DNA of 64,000 bases from Lingula anatina (Eukaryota; Animalia; Brachiopoda), in NCBI GenBank assembly GCA_051362555.1, contig CM120640.1:56460788-56524787 (forward strand), read 5' to 3'. Shown one piece after another: positions 37,701-52,500 of this stretch. The notes below the pieces were generated by a model. It ran no database searches. It was given only the letters and a program-made list of their open reading frames with translations, and was not told the DNA's origin. Position numbers and translations under genes: made by a program. How positions within the stretch are numbered: the first letter of the stretch is position 1; each line of letters opens with the position of its first letter.

Positions 37701-38731
37701 TTTTTCTGATATGGTTTAATATTACTAATAAGTCATGTAATATGTACGGCTTTCTTTTTGAAAAAAAAAACATCGGTAAGTGGTACCATGTTGTGTTATC
37801 AGTGCGTCAAGCATGTGCAGCTTTAACATTTAAAACGCTTTATTTTATGGAGGGACTTGAAAAAGAGCAATGAGCGTTTTGACCGAATATCCATGTAGAA
37901 CATATTTTATTTGGATTAAATAAACCTTATATATTGTGCATAGTATTTTAAAAATTATCTCTTAATTAGGCCTATAGATTTGTGTGGGACAAAAATGCTG
38001 TATTCTACGATGAATTCTTCAAAACGACAGGGCTTTTTTCACCTGATTCCCAGTTGGTCCCCTATCACCGTTTTCTCCCTGAGGTCCTGGAGGCCCTGGG
38101 GGTCCAGGGGGTCCTTGCACCACTTGTTGACACAAACCTGAAAGTACATGTGTAGGTATTTCGATAAGTAGCTCATCGTCTCTTTCAAGTCGCATGTACT
38201 AAAGCAGGTTCGCAATGAAGCGTGTTACACAGATTTCGTTCATTTTCAGAACTTTTCTTCTTTCACACGTCCCTAGAATTTGTACATGTACATTGTGACC
38301 AAAAGATACCCAAAGGATGTCTTGCTGGCAAATTCTAAATAATGACCTAAATAAGCCAATCAAGCATTTTACATTATTCGTCGCTTATTTCAGTTAATAC
38401 AGGTGATTATTCTCCTCCCCCAGTACATGGAAGGAAACTGTGAATTAACCAAGGTTGGACTAAAATAGACCAACATTTTGACAGTTGTTACACACTACAA
38501 GATACCTCTCCAACAATCGATGTATAGGCCTACCTTGGTATGCAGTTGGAAACATGATCCCGTGAACTAGCTACATGTATACCAGTATTTTGAAGTGAAT
38601 ATTGGGGACAACACCATTTTGATATATGTTGATATTAAATCTAAAATAACCTAACAGTTTAATAATAGAAAGAATTATATTTTACCTGGAGCTAGTAACC
38701 AGACAGCGAAAGAAAACAGAAACAGCCTCAT
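34731..38731 (-). CDS. Gene C: type I membrane collagen-EGF protein, paralog of gene B (52 GXY, 2 EGF + truncated cbEGF, neck, TM, NPxY tail; ~433 aa)
   Basis: 8 GT-AG exons: 38731-38686, 38137-38043, 37672-37430, 37056-36885, 36555-36439, 36129-36007, 35722-35489, 35002-34731. Total 1302 nt in frame. Internal exon sizes 243/172/117/123 are identical to gene B. Signal [18 protein letters not shown]; TM '[28 protein letters not shown]'. Confidence 0.88.
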
Positions 38732-41700
38732 TGTCTTCCTGAAATGTATAAGTTGTGCAATAATCAACATTTGGCACTGACAACGTGGGCACGCAATCTT
38801 CTGAATAATTTAGTTTGGCCGCTGAAAGTGTTATGCATGTTAAACTATCGTTAAAAAAAACCCTAAATTGTTGTCAAAGCACGACTAAGATGGCTAGGAT
38901 TTTGAATCTGTTGATAAGGAGTGATAGTCATAGGTACAAAGGATCACTGAGACAAAATGTAATACCTGCACTACTGATGGATATATTTAGACACGAGAGT
39001 CGTGAGAACGTGATCATACACACTGAGTAATGTGTCATAAATAAGTTTTCAATATCTAAGAGAAGACAGAAAGATACATCAAAGTACAGGTTGATAAAGA
39101 CCTGTCCAGTCATAGAATGTTAGAATCTGTCTTTTAAAGACAAAGACCTGATTTATGTTTCCCCCGAGCCACAGGAGCTATAAATCAGCTGCATCTGCCC
39201 CAGGTAATAGACACACCTTAATTGGTGATATATTCCTCACTACCCAGAGATTGCTATTTTCTTTCTCGTGTTTATGTATTATATGTCATTTTAAACAATT
39301 ACAAGATCGTTGACCTTACTTTGTTATTGTTTCTTTAACTGCACTGTTGTACATGCATCGTGGCCAAATAGACAGGTGTCACAACATTACTATTTTACAC
39401 ACTGGTTATGGCGAAACTCTCACTGTACGGGAACTTCACATTCACATATAGTAGAATTACCTTGACGTAAGTTTATTCAGGTGACAGAGACTCCATTTTA
39501 GTACGAGCGCAAGAAAGTGTTCATACCTGAGTTAATGATGCAGCAAAGACGTAACCATCGAGAATTATCCCCTGCCACACCCTTGTCAATCCATAGGGAC
39601 GCCAACGATCCCTTTACCCCAGCTTAAAACCAAAATGGCCGTGCTTAAATTTGGTATTCAATGGTAAACAAAACTCACCTGGGTATTGTTCACACACAAC
39701 AGCTCTGAACAAAGCTAAACTCAGGGCCTTGAGAAACGACGGGAAATCAGCAGCTCTTAGCCATGGCTACCTCTTTCTTAAACCGCTGTCACCTCCGCTT
39801 TCCCTTCAGCAGTGAGGTATTATGTAATTGTGACATCTAATAGGGGATACTTGACGTGTGGCTGAATCACCTGAATCCCAAATGCACGTTGAAGTAAGTA
39901 AGTGTGAAGTGGGCTTGGCCGCCAGTCTGCGCAACATAAGATGCACGATCGATATATAGGCTATTGTATGCGCTCTGCGAGTGTGTCGGGAAATTCACCG
40001 CTGATTGATCTGGTGCTGCTGTTACTGGGATTTTGTGGGGCTAGGCATAAAATCATTACAGCGATACAGACCTGGGAAAAATACATGCATAGATTAAATA
40101 TTCAGTGAATTTTAACTTTGTGTAGTCAAGGACATGCTGCCATGTTTTCAACGCATGTTGAGCGACAAAAAAAGAAGGAAAACACAGATTTGCTTCGAGA
40201 AAAAAAAGACATGATAATAAGTTCACTTATTTTGTTTATATAGCGAACGCCCTTATTTAAAAAACAAAATTTATTGTTTAAATATGTAGGGTGAGATAGC
40301 ATTTTTTTCAGATTGTTTTGCATACCTCTTAATGTTCCATGTTCTTATAAGTCACCAGCTAATATTTATAATATAAACTAAGAATGTATTTCTATCACGA
40401 GCTCTGAAGATGAACTCGTTGGTTATAAGTATGGCCTATAAATAACATGCAGATACAATGAATTACTAAGAAACTTTAAAATTGTTAGAATAAAAACCGG
40501 CAACTTTTTGCTTGATAAAACTCTTTAAAAATCCTTTATTCAATTTAAAAATTAGCAGTATATTGGTGTTAGATAAAAATTTTAAAGGGATTATAAGCAG
40601 CATGCTAGAAGGCATTCTCTTTTTTCCCCTAAATTGCGAGTACATAACAATTCCGAGTTTGTAAGACTAAGGCTGCTGGTGGACCCTAAAGAAAAACAAA
40701 CAAAAGCACATAGTAAAAATATCTCTTTACTTACATTTCCTATTTCACAAACTGTCTCTTGGCATGATTTGGCAATACCATTAGCTGTAGGTCTGTACTC
40801 GGTATACTAAGGGTGTGTTAGAGCTAGTTGTTATTGCGACAGTTGACCTCAAAATGATCACACCCAGTCATCTAACACAATGGACTGGTACATCTACACC
40901 GCTTTATGTTTTTGGCTGCCACTTGGCAATCAACTTGGGATATATTTGCCTCTTGCCTCTTGTCATCAAGTTTCTTGTCATCTAATGCCTTCGATGACGG
41001 AATGAAGTTGTAGGTGCTTTTGTAAAACAGTCTGTGATCTCTCTCTCTCTCTCTCTTGTTGAACCTGAATGAGTTTTTTAGATTTACTCAGAAAGTTATT
41101 TAAAATCATTCATGCATTTTGATGCTCACCCTATCCAACCTAATCACAGTGGGAAGTTAAAGAAGCTGAGTTAAACATGTCAGCAGAGATGTATAAATAC
41201 CTACAATTCGATGCGGGAGATGGTATGTTATTCTGATCTCCTACACGGATGAACATCGATTGAAATTAATAGTCCATTTTTGATAAATTTTCCCCAATAT
41301 CTAGTCCTACTACACCAGTGTAAATATCATAGGAGTAATAAGGCGTTTTCCCACAGAGAAAACTGCAGTCGGATATTTGACCAGGTGCATAGCAAACCCA
41401 CCTCCCGTCGATCTAATTCCTAACATCTAACATCTTGGTTTGGTCTTTCTCTTTAACCCTTGCCCCGGGGTACCACAGTTTAATAAAACATGGTTGCATT
41501 TCGGGCAGTGGCATTCAGCAGTTCAGTTTTGACAGGTAACTTTTCAAAAGTTTCACGCCTCACTATGTAGTAGTGTAATACTGTGCCCGTGTTAGTGTGT
41601 GATGGATGAAATGCTTTGACACGCGAGAGTTATCTCACTCATCTGTCTTTAAGTGCGGTTCCTTAGACTTCCCTACATAGGAGCGGGGATGACTCTACAA

Positions 41701-42873
41701 ATTACTTCATTCAGATCTCGACAGCATCATTATCAATGCACGCGGCAGTTCAGTTCGCGTGCTGTGGAACGTTAGGACGACGGTGAAGAAGCAGAACGCA
41801 GAACTTTAAAATCGACCAGAAAATCTGGAGAACTGCGCAAGCGTGGCACAACGAATACCTGCACTTGTAGACTGACATGGGAGAGAGACGCGGTCATCTA
41901 TTTTAGTTCGTCTGAAAAGAAACATCGTGTTCAGTTCCCTACGCCCTTTTACTTCGCCTGATCTCGAAGCTAGTAGACTTAGCGGGGAGCATGGCTAAGG
42001 TAAAATATCATTTTTCTCATTATTTTATAAAACCAAGTACATGTAAGTATGTTATTTACTAAGAAAAAGAGAGGTAGAGAAGGGAGAGAGAGAGAGAGAG
42101 AGAGTTGCTACGGGCTTATTAATTCGATCAATGCGCCTGAATCGTCAATTTAAAGTATTATATCTAAAACTAGTTTTGGAGGAAAAATGCAAATACTATA
42201 GTAAAGTTTGTCTGATAGACAGCTATTATATTGACATTAAATAGTATTTGTTACACTTAAGTGGAGACGGAAAAAATGAAACTAAGTGAAGGTTAATTTC
42301 TAAATTGGCAAGAGAGGAATTCCCTCGCGAGACGTCAGATTTGGTTTTAAAAATATTAGCTAAGAAGTATATTCGGCATAATACTATTACTTTGCGATCG
42401 ATTCTAAAAACAGCTAAAATTTTCTCATCACGGAGGACAATGTTTAGCTGGGAATCGTTATTTACTTTGAAAACAAAATATAACACCATTTCCCATCAAG
42501 GATGGGGATTCATTTGAAAAACTGACAGCAATAAACTTGGATTGAATACATCATTACACGTAGTATTAATTTTGATAAAAGGAGATCTGAATGCATCACA
42601 AATGAACAAAAGTGCTGTAATGATTTTGTGAGCATATGATATGCATAATGCAAAGAACAGGAATGTCACAAAAATGTCACAAATGACAGTAATGTCACAA
42701 AGGTTAGAAATGCAACATTTTATGCAACAAGATGATTAAATGGATCGAACACCAAGTGTTTTTTATTAAGTTTGTTTATTAAGTGATTTTACTAAACATT
42801 ATCCGTACAGATTTTCATTTTCCAAGTTTCAACTTACGATTATGAATTCATCCTTTCGAAATTAACATATGCC

Positions 42874-42912
<39 letters not shown>

Positions 42913-45900
42913 GCGTGCGTGCGTGTAGGGCCTACTGTCAATATCCCCTACTCCCACTAAGGAATTCTATCTCTTGTTCCTCCTCGGTCCCACACAGTGC
43001 GTTCTGTAGAATTATTCAGTAGAGATATTCATGTTCGTCTTGACAAGTGAGAAGAAGAGCAATTAAAGTCGACACCTCATGCCCGGTGAACTAGGTTAAA
43101 TGAAAGTCATGAACAGATGTAAGATGATAAAATATTTCTTCACATACAACGTGATCATACACATAATGCGTGATCGCCATTTGGCAAATGAAGACGGCAG
43201 TTCATTCCCACTTAAATGAAAAGTTACACCTATGGAGGTAGGACTATGATTGATTAAACCTTTGAATCTCTGAATTTTGCTTCCATATATTGCTTATATA
43301 TATATCACTTCTAGGAAACTATCAGTAAGCCGCAATACCACGTCTTTTATTTTTGTTGAAGTAACAAGGAAAGACAGTATTACATTACAGTGCGTGACAG
43401 TGGGTTGCAGGCAGTCCTGGCGTGAAAAACACTCTGTGCCGTCTAGGAATCTTACATGTTTCAAAAATATTTTATGCTACGTCGAATCAGCAATAATCTC
43501 AACGAGTTGTCAGGCGGTAAAGATTGGAAAGGTCCAAAAGCCGCTCTTTTTCATCAATTTCTTAGAATCTAACGAAAGGCTTATCTTTGACAACATTGCC
43601 GCGATGTAATTTCCCGCAAGCCTGCTGAATGAATCCCGGGGATATAAATGGATCTCAATACGGTGTAGAATCGAAGCATATGTATTTGATTAGACCATGA
43701 ATGCACAAAAAATAAGTACCACAGGTTATTTATCTCCCAATATTGTGAAGATAACAACAGTTGACGGCTTAGAGTATACTGTATCTTAACTAGAAAATTG
43801 TTCAGGAGTAGTTTCACAGACTTCGCGTCGATATGTTTTCGTTCAACCATTATGTAGTGTGCGTTTTCTGCAACTGATCTATTTTCCTGAATTCTCACGC
43901 CGGCCATGTCCTTTGACACCGAAATCAAGCCATCTATCTAGCGACTGTGTGACACCATGGCCCAGGTCGCTCGACACAGCGAGACGATGGTTCTCGGCAG
44001 TGGTTCTACTATCAGATAAGATATGAAAATACACCATAGTCACGAACCCTACATACGTACACCTACACCCATAATTACAAGTCTTGCCCCAAGTGACAAC
44101 TTAAATGATCAATAATGTGTGTGAGAATACAAAATTGCGGTGTTTTATCATATTAAAATACTTTTTACAGCATATTTAAGATATTTATTTGCGCATTTTT
44201 TTCTCTCTGTGTTTTGATCTTTCCCCGATGCCCCTTTCATTTCGTGTCTTCCAAGTTGATCTAAGATTATCATAGATGCTGCTATTTCTTGTTAGCACAG
44301 TATCATATTTCACTTATAGAACGGGGACTATGGGGTTTTAGCTTTATCTCTGTTTAAGACATTTATTTACGCTTAATTTTTGTCCCCATGGCTTGATCTT
44401 TTCATCCTGCTGATGTGGTATTGCGGCTTACTGTCGGTTTCCCAGAAGTGAATTTGGCATCATTATTTACACTTTCTTTTTGTCATCTTCTTTTGATTTA
44501 TCATCTATGCTTATAAAATTATTATGATATTACATACCGCATTCTGGAAGAAAAATCAAATTATACCGGGTAAGCCTACAATTACGTTTACTTTGTGGGT
44601 AATTTTATTGTGAAGTTATGGCACTGTCTCATATAGTTTAGTGAATACAAGAAGTTCATCAACTTTGATATTTACTAATGCAACTAATGATCCAACCCCA
44701 TGACCTGAAAAAGTTGAAATTACAGATAACAGGACGACCGCTCTCCGAGTTTTGAAGAATTTCCTCTTCGATATACCTCGTTGGTTATCTTAAAATGACG
44801 CAAACTATTCTCATCAAATTCTCTCTCTTGACTTAAATCACTGAATATGAACCTCGTTGACAGTGTGGGTGAGCTTGAAATCCGGCAATTTAGAGCGCCT
44901 TAAGGACGCGGTATGCACAATTAGGTTTGAACGCCAATCGATACTCAGGCCTAATGAACCGACATGCAAAAATTTGATAACTTCCAAAGGCAAGGGGCTT
45001 GAGAGCCGTGCCTTTTTAGTCCTAAGCGCAGATATTATGACGAAATATTCTGAGAGGCCTTCTTATCGTCAATTACACAAAGCAAGTTGAGGAAAAAGCA
45101 AGCAAAATTAATCCACTTAGTCAACTGACGAAGTATAGTCTAATTACCCGAGGCAAAATAAACATACTTCCGCATGGAACTTCAGTGAAATATCAGATTC
45201 ATGAGATCTAATCCTTCTTAGGTCTGCTACTGTAAGTAAATATTTTACCAAACCTTTTTCGATAAAACAGCCATGAAACTGACGACCAGACTATCATCCG
45301 CCGTTGAAAACAAGCCTTCGGGTGATGGGCAGGCGGTCAAAACATGGTGGAGCGTGGAGTTACGAACAAATAAGAATTGAGTAATTTTGAGCCAAACTGT
45401 TTACTTGCTCCTCCCTAAGGATTAGGAAACTTATACCCATACATAGCCTCTTTTACTCATTTGCACGTAGATGGAATCCCCCTGCTTCAACTCGAGTATT
45501 CTGCAAAAAAGTTGAGGTGCGTACAATATTTTGGTTTTATGCACTGATATGTAGTCGTTTGGGTAAATTGTGCCAATAGTCTGTTGATGTTCACTGTATG
45601 AAATTCAAGGTAGGATCCACTTAAAGTAAGTTTTTTGGTGGGCCCTATCTTCAAGAGAACACGCATTTATACTAGTCTGTGGGTACTGGGATGTGTGCGT
45701 GTAAGGGCGTGGATACTCTATCACCAATATTTTCTGGACAGATTGTTCGAGCAGTGTTTTTACATTTCAAATGCTAAGATAGTCTGATCGAGCAAGACGC
45801 TGTATGTTGAAAACTGGTGAGCGATTAAGTCATGGTTGCCAAAGTCATTGTACGTATTAATTCTCAAAATGCGAATATCGTTTGCTGATCGTGCTAAAAC

Positions 45901-47689
45901 AACAGAATATTACGTCTAAATCGTGTAAAAGGAGCCTGCAGTAATCCGCACAGTGTCGATACTGTCATTGTGGGTGAGGTGGGAGAAGTACTGGGACGGG
46001 GTGATTATATTCTGACATCTTCTTGACAGATGCATTAACAGATTGAAAACGGTCGGAGGGCCTCTTGTTCAAGTTATCATTTTTCTTTTGTATAGTGTGA
46101 ACAAGTGACCAGGTTGAGGTAGGAGAGACCCACCTTGTTTTGGAGAAGTCTGTAACTGTACGGGATGACACAAAGGTGTATTAAATATAATATATGTTGG
46201 CAATTAATTGGTGTACTGTTGTTAAAAAAGAGCCTTGGGGTTTCTGGCTCAGACTTAGAAAAAGCATTGATTTTCAGTGCCACTGATTACTCTTCCCCAA
46301 AGCTACCGCTGGGTGTACTCTAATCAATGAGTTGCGTAAGCAGAAATACGAAGAAGAAGAAGAAAGAAAAAAAAGAAAGGCAGATTAATCAACAGTTTAT
46401 GCATGGATCTACGTCATATAAAGCTTTTAGGTCTCACGCTGTTGTGCATTTCATGAACTCAATACAGCACGCACGGTTTCAGTTCCTGTACAAACGTTAA
46501 TGTAAGGATCCTAATATTCAGCAGCATTTAAAAGCAAATGTCATTTTCGTTATAAACATTGGTGCATATAATCGTGACTTTTCATGCCTGCTTATTTAAC
46601 TAAATATATAGAAATTCTTTTCCGGTAAGCTTGCCGTACGCATTAAGTAGACAGACGCAATATAAAAGGAAAAAAAGGGACCTTAAATAGAACGCACTCG
46701 AAGATGTATTTTATTAGCTGTGTATAACAGACCTCAGTGACATAGCACTGTGTACTGCAAAAGCCCCAACTAATGTCATTATATTTGATAATGCTGCTGA
46801 ACGAAGCCATGTCTCGAATACTTCGAACCTCAGGGCGATTTCATGTGATCATGGAAAATCTTTGTATACAGTACTTCTGAATCATTTTTAAAATTTTGCC
46901 GCTGAAGCGCAGTGACGTCAAAAGTTAGATTAGGTAATTTTGTAAACCTAGAGCTGCTTTTGGATATTTTCGATCCGCAGCATCACCGCTGATTGACACA
47001 AGAAATAGGACACAGAATAAAATCAATTGAATTTCACTTACTTAGTGTATCCAGAAGCACATTTTACGACAACGCATCAGTTAATGACGCATTTATGAAA
47101 GACATTAATTAACACTTCATCTTCACTGTTTCACTACTAAGACCATGAACAATTCATACCCATTTTTGTGCTTAAGAGAAAAAAAATATTCTGACAACAG
47201 CAGCAGCAACAGCACAAAATTTATTTGCTTTACATTTGCAGACACGATAAAAAATCTCACACTTTTGTAAGGATGCAAAATACGAATTTTCTAAACGAGA
47301 GGCTTTTTAGAGCGTAAGATCTCTGATTGAAATTGATCAATGGAGAGTATATGCCGCAGCTTCAGAATAAAATACAAAAGGAGAAGTCAAGGTAAAGGCT
47401 AGCAGCAGACGAAGCGTTGAGAAGGGCAAAGACGCTCAGTTCAACTGTGTTTGTCATCGTGATACCCTCGGCATACTTTGACAGATGTGTATTAGTTTGA
47501 GCGTTTGTCGAGTAAGAGGAGGTAGGTTTGGTTTTTTGCGTGTTGCTATTTCTTTGTGAGTTATGGAACCAACTGGTGCTAAAATATTTATGTGCTCTAT
47601 ACACTACGTATTCAAGCATTGGAAACATCGAGATGTGAAGATGTGAACTGCATAGTCTAGGAGTGCAGGTAACTTAAGAAAACGTGTTT

Positions 47690-47725
<36 letters not shown>

Positions 47726-49329
47726 TAGATTACACCATTATCTTTGGCCTGAGACATGATGAACCTCTCTTGTTCAGTGAATTATTTCCTTCAAGATATT
47801 GGATTTGGCAGATATGGCAGTTGGTTAGGAAGCGAGGCGTCGCAGATCATTAGATGTAGGATCCTATTTTTATCGAATTACATTAGAAAACCAATGACGA
47901 GATGTTTGTTAAAGCTAGAATTGAATTTGATGAGCTTATTGCCAGATTATCTGATAATACTATCGTAAGGTGTTCCGTCGGCATTGTTACTAATTTTTAT
48001 GCTGCAATACATTTTATATATTATCCCGTCGAAGAAAGAATCAATTACTCCAAGATCTATCGATTTGCTGTATGCTACAGCAGTTTGCTCACCCAAGACG
48101 AATGGCACAGTACGTCATGATTCAGGTGTGAAACGAGATGACAGATCATATTTCAGTATACCCCCATGCCAAACCAGTGAAAAATGATTAATGTATCTTG
48201 GGAAAACCGTGCTCATAAAAAACACTGTATGAAAGGACAATCCAAGTGATTTCCCAGCGTTTGGAACTTTTCCTCATTTTTATTTTATAAGTTGTAGAAT
48301 TTCAGCGAGACTATTTTATCCCAACTTTTGCCACCGACGAGAATGGCTTTAAGAGGGTTGTCATGGGCCCTCTAAACCGTTGCTGGGGACAAAGTTACAA
48401 TGAAGAACGTTGGACAATGAATGTAATATATTTCAACAGAACAGAGAGGAGCACCTGTATAGACATAAAACTTGAACTAATCTATACTGATGAGGACCAT
48501 CATGAGGTGTATTTAGTCACCGTAAACGTAATCTCCCTCATTTAGGGTCATGAATGCGAGGTTGCGATCTGTGGCGTAACTAACGATAAGTGTCTTAGGA
48601 GATAGGGAAGGAAAACCTTGACTTAAGGCGAGAATAACTGCGAATCCACTAGTTAGACCAGTGAGCTAACTGAGAATGTATTGCGTTCGTTCTTTCTGCG
48701 CAGAAAGAAGCGGTTTGCTTTCGCGCTTGCCACAGTCTGCATCTTCTATTAAATCTAAAAAGTACCGCACACACCATTTCCCTGTACAAAGGTAGAGTTG
48801 AGCGAAGTGGTAAATTGGCTGAAAACTGCAGCAATGTTGAGCAATATCACAACTGATTCATATTAGCCCAGTTTGCAGTTAATAAATGCAAATAGGTGGT
48901 CATAATACTTGATAAAGCAACTGTTCTGATTCTAATTTATGGGAATGAAGATGACCCAGCCAGTCTGAGGTCGTCGATGAACACGTAGCGCCCAGACAAG
49001 CTTAGGGGTGGTTCAGTTTAAACAGCATATCGGGGCTAATAAGGGTAATTATGCACTTGAAGTGAAAATTCAGGGCAATCACTCTGATGAAAAATACAAC
49101 TCATATTAGAAAGTGAAAGTGTAAAGATGGTAGCCTACTAGTCCATCCTTTGTATTATGAAAGAAATAAAGCGGTGACATGGGAATGAACGGGGGACGGG
49201 GGATACAGACCTAGGTCTCTTAAGAAGACATCATTTTTATGTATTTTTTACTCATAAGTCCCTCTTTTTGTGGAATAGAGACGCTTGCACTCGGTCGTAA
49301 TTCGCGATGCTTTCGGGTTACGGAACTTA

Positions 49330-49572
49330 AGGGCGGATCCAGAATTTTTTGAAGGGGGGGGAGGGGGGGGCGTGACAGGCCTCAATATGCGAGGCCTACC
49401 CTCACCCCCTTGGCGTCAGGTTTCGGGGCACGCTTCGGGGCCCCGAAAAAAATTGGTGTCTTGGATTGGTATTTAGAACTGTTTCAGGTATACGTGTTTT
49501 TGTCACGTATTTCTTCAGAAATCGAAGAGGGGCTCGGGACCCCCCTGACCCCCCCCCCTAAATCCGCCACTG
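49330..49572. mobile_element. Small MITE with (CAG)GGGCGGATCCAG...AATCCGCCACTG termini (hAT-like)
   Basis: gggcggatccagaattttttgaaggggggg at ~49331 and cccccctaaatccgccactg at ~49572. A partial duplicate of the right half lies at ~49835-49975. Confidence 0.6.
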
Positions 49573-52500
49573 TGACACACCTCGTCAAGTGGTCTTTAAT
49601 GCGAAATTACTGCTTGTACAGTATTTCATGATTGGATGTATAATACCGGACACTATCTTTCCTCCACCTCAACAGTTACTTATAGCAAGAACTTCTTGCT
49701 TATAGCGTCGCAGTGTCCATTAATACTGTCGCTGGTAAGGCAATGCATTGTCAGCGCTAAGACAATAATACGTCAGAGCGACAGTTAACTCAGGTGGTCG
49801 ATATGGGTCGGTATTTGAAATGTCAATAAAACCCGGGCCCCGATAAAAATTGATGTCTTGGATTGGTGTTTAGAACTGTTTCGGGTATACGTGTTTTGGC
49901 GCGTATTTCATCAGGAATCGAAGAGGGAGTCAGGACCCCGTTGACCCCCCCCCCCCCCCCCCAAATCCGCCACTGACATACACCAGTTAACTCAGGAGGT
50001 AGATATGGGTCGGTATTTGAAATGTCGATAAAACCTATGAATGATTGAATGGTAATATTAAGATTACTATGGCAACCCCGAATAATAAATTGACAAAAAA
50101 AAAATCGGTGTCTAAAATCAAACTTTCAAGATTTGCCTTAAGTTACTTTTTATTTTGATTTATGTTATGAAATATATGAAAGAATCTGTCTCGCTGTTTT
50201 ACTCCATGAAAAGGCACGTAATGGTAAATCAATTGATTCATTAGTCAACGTTAATCCGGACGATTTATCAGCATTAATCAAGTTCGGTGCTAAATTCACA
50301 CCGCCAAGAACAACTGAGCGAGTTTTTTTTTCGTGAATACGCATTCATTATCAAATCAGACAAAAACACTCTATGCCGTCACAGATGCGAGTCCACATTA
50401 ATGGGATGAAGTGATAAATGGAAAGTGAGATCAAAATTAATTTGGTTTTATTAGTGTACATTGTAGCCTCATATCTCCTTTAAGTGAAGCCCACGGAGAG
50501 AGTGAAGCCGATTTCTTACAAAATGCTCGACTGGAGACGGTTCAGTTGGGGGTCTACGGAAAGCAGATTGACGCACACATTTTTGCGGTTCAGGAAATTA
50601 AACTTATATCTCTGCACTGCAGCTAAAACACGTCAATGTGGAACAAAAGGGGAGAACCAGACCTAAAATGTTTTCTTTGATGTCAGCCAAAAGTAATTAC
50701 AATTTATGAATACTGGACTTAAGGGCATTTTCACCATTCATACTTTTATTTTTCATCATAATTTCTGAATGAAAATATTCTTAGATTTTTTCTTTACCCT
50801 TTTGGGCCTCTTAATTTACGAATCTGATCAGCAAGATTATGGTATTGATTTGCAAGAAACAACGAGTGAACCAGATGCGGTTTTCCAATAGGAAGAAATT
50901 AGGTTCAAGTTCGGTAATCCTAAATTGAAAGGGAAGTTCAATGGTAAACTTAAGATATAGGAAATCAAATAGACAGTCAGTGAAGCAGCGCGGTGAATAT
51001 ATCCTAGATTTTGGTCGTATCAAGTCAAAGTGGAAAGATTAACAGAAGGCACATCTTATAAAATGCCAATAATCATAGGATTTGTGGCAGCCCGGTAAGG
51101 TCAAATCACGTCATTTGCATTGTCGTAAAAATTTCATGATATCACTTATAAATTAGCCAGTAGACTGGCGGTTGGTACTTGCTGTAGATAGTGATCTCAT
51201 GGCTGGGGCCGCTTCACTCTGCAGAGCTGGCATAAGGTAAAATATGACACGACATGTTTCATATGCTAAGGCAAAATTTCCAATGAAATTGAATAATAAA
51301 TGAATAAGACAAAATAACGTCAACTGTTAGATTATTTTAACTGAGTGATTTGACTGCGCATAGAAATCAAAGTTAATCTGACCTTGGGTCGTTATACATG
51401 AGCCAAAGGTCTCACCACTCCTTGAAAATCGAGCTGACGATCGCACCATTGACGCAGAAGGAGACAGTGCTATATTCTGTTGTCAATGAAAGCTATTCAG
51501 CGTATGTTCAAGTTCGAATCAAATAAAAACTAGTAGTAGAAGGGGATAGCTGATATTTTGACACAAACGACAGTGCATTGTTGCATTTACTGTTGTCTTT
51601 TCTATAGTCAGGATTTAATCCTTTTTCTTTAAAATAGGGAGATAGCGTGGTAACCGGGGCATCAGAAGCTCATTTGATAGTCACAGAGACCAGATTCTCG
51701 TATATCCAGTCTCTGCGATGACAAATGGTTTTCCTTGTTCCACTTGTCAGTTCGCACATTACTGACAACTAGAGGCTGGTTGTCACAAACTTCTCTCGCT
51801 GTAATATTACCTCTAACATCCACACGGGGCACGACTTATTAATTGCTCGCTTCAGAAACGCAGGTGGGCCCAGTATATCACAAGCTTTTAGGTGACTAAA
51901 TGATTTCCACAGAACTGCCGGAATTAACAATGACCAGGTCTCTGGACATCAGTGGACTGGCGGTGACTCTTTTTGCATGTCATAGTATTCGAATGGCGTC
52001 AACATCAGCCTTCTAACATTCAAGTTGACAGCAAGCGTATGTATGCAGATAAGTACGAATCGCCGTCAGTTCTCTGGCACTCGGCGTGTCGGTAAGTGTA
52101 CGGTGAAATAGAGAGGAATCTATGAAGACCTATGTCTTTCAAGGAGAAACCTATGTTCTAGGGTAGAGGGAAATATAAAGAGCACGATGCATCACATGTA
52201 GCGAACAATTTACAAAATACCATCAATGTGATGATTCTTTCTTGGAAAGAACAAGGCAGTACAGTGCATTTCAGGTAGACTTACATACAACAGTATTTAC
52301 ACTAAAAAATTAAAATAAAAAATGCATCGAGCATAATGCAGTATGTCCTTTTTTCACCTTATAGTGATAGAGGTATGACAGTAATTGAAAAATGGATGAG
52401 GTGTTTGTAATGCGTTCTGCTTGTTTCCCGTTGTTGAAGCTAGATACCTGTATCCACCGACAAATGGTTAGATAGGTTTCATTTGATAAATGAAAATCAT

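Noticed and set aside
15315-38731. Calling genes A-C CCBE1, fibrillar collagen or scavenger receptor
   Set aside because: The domain order and topology differ: collagen precedes EGF, there is a C-terminal TM, and there is no COLFI, SRCR or CTLD domain.
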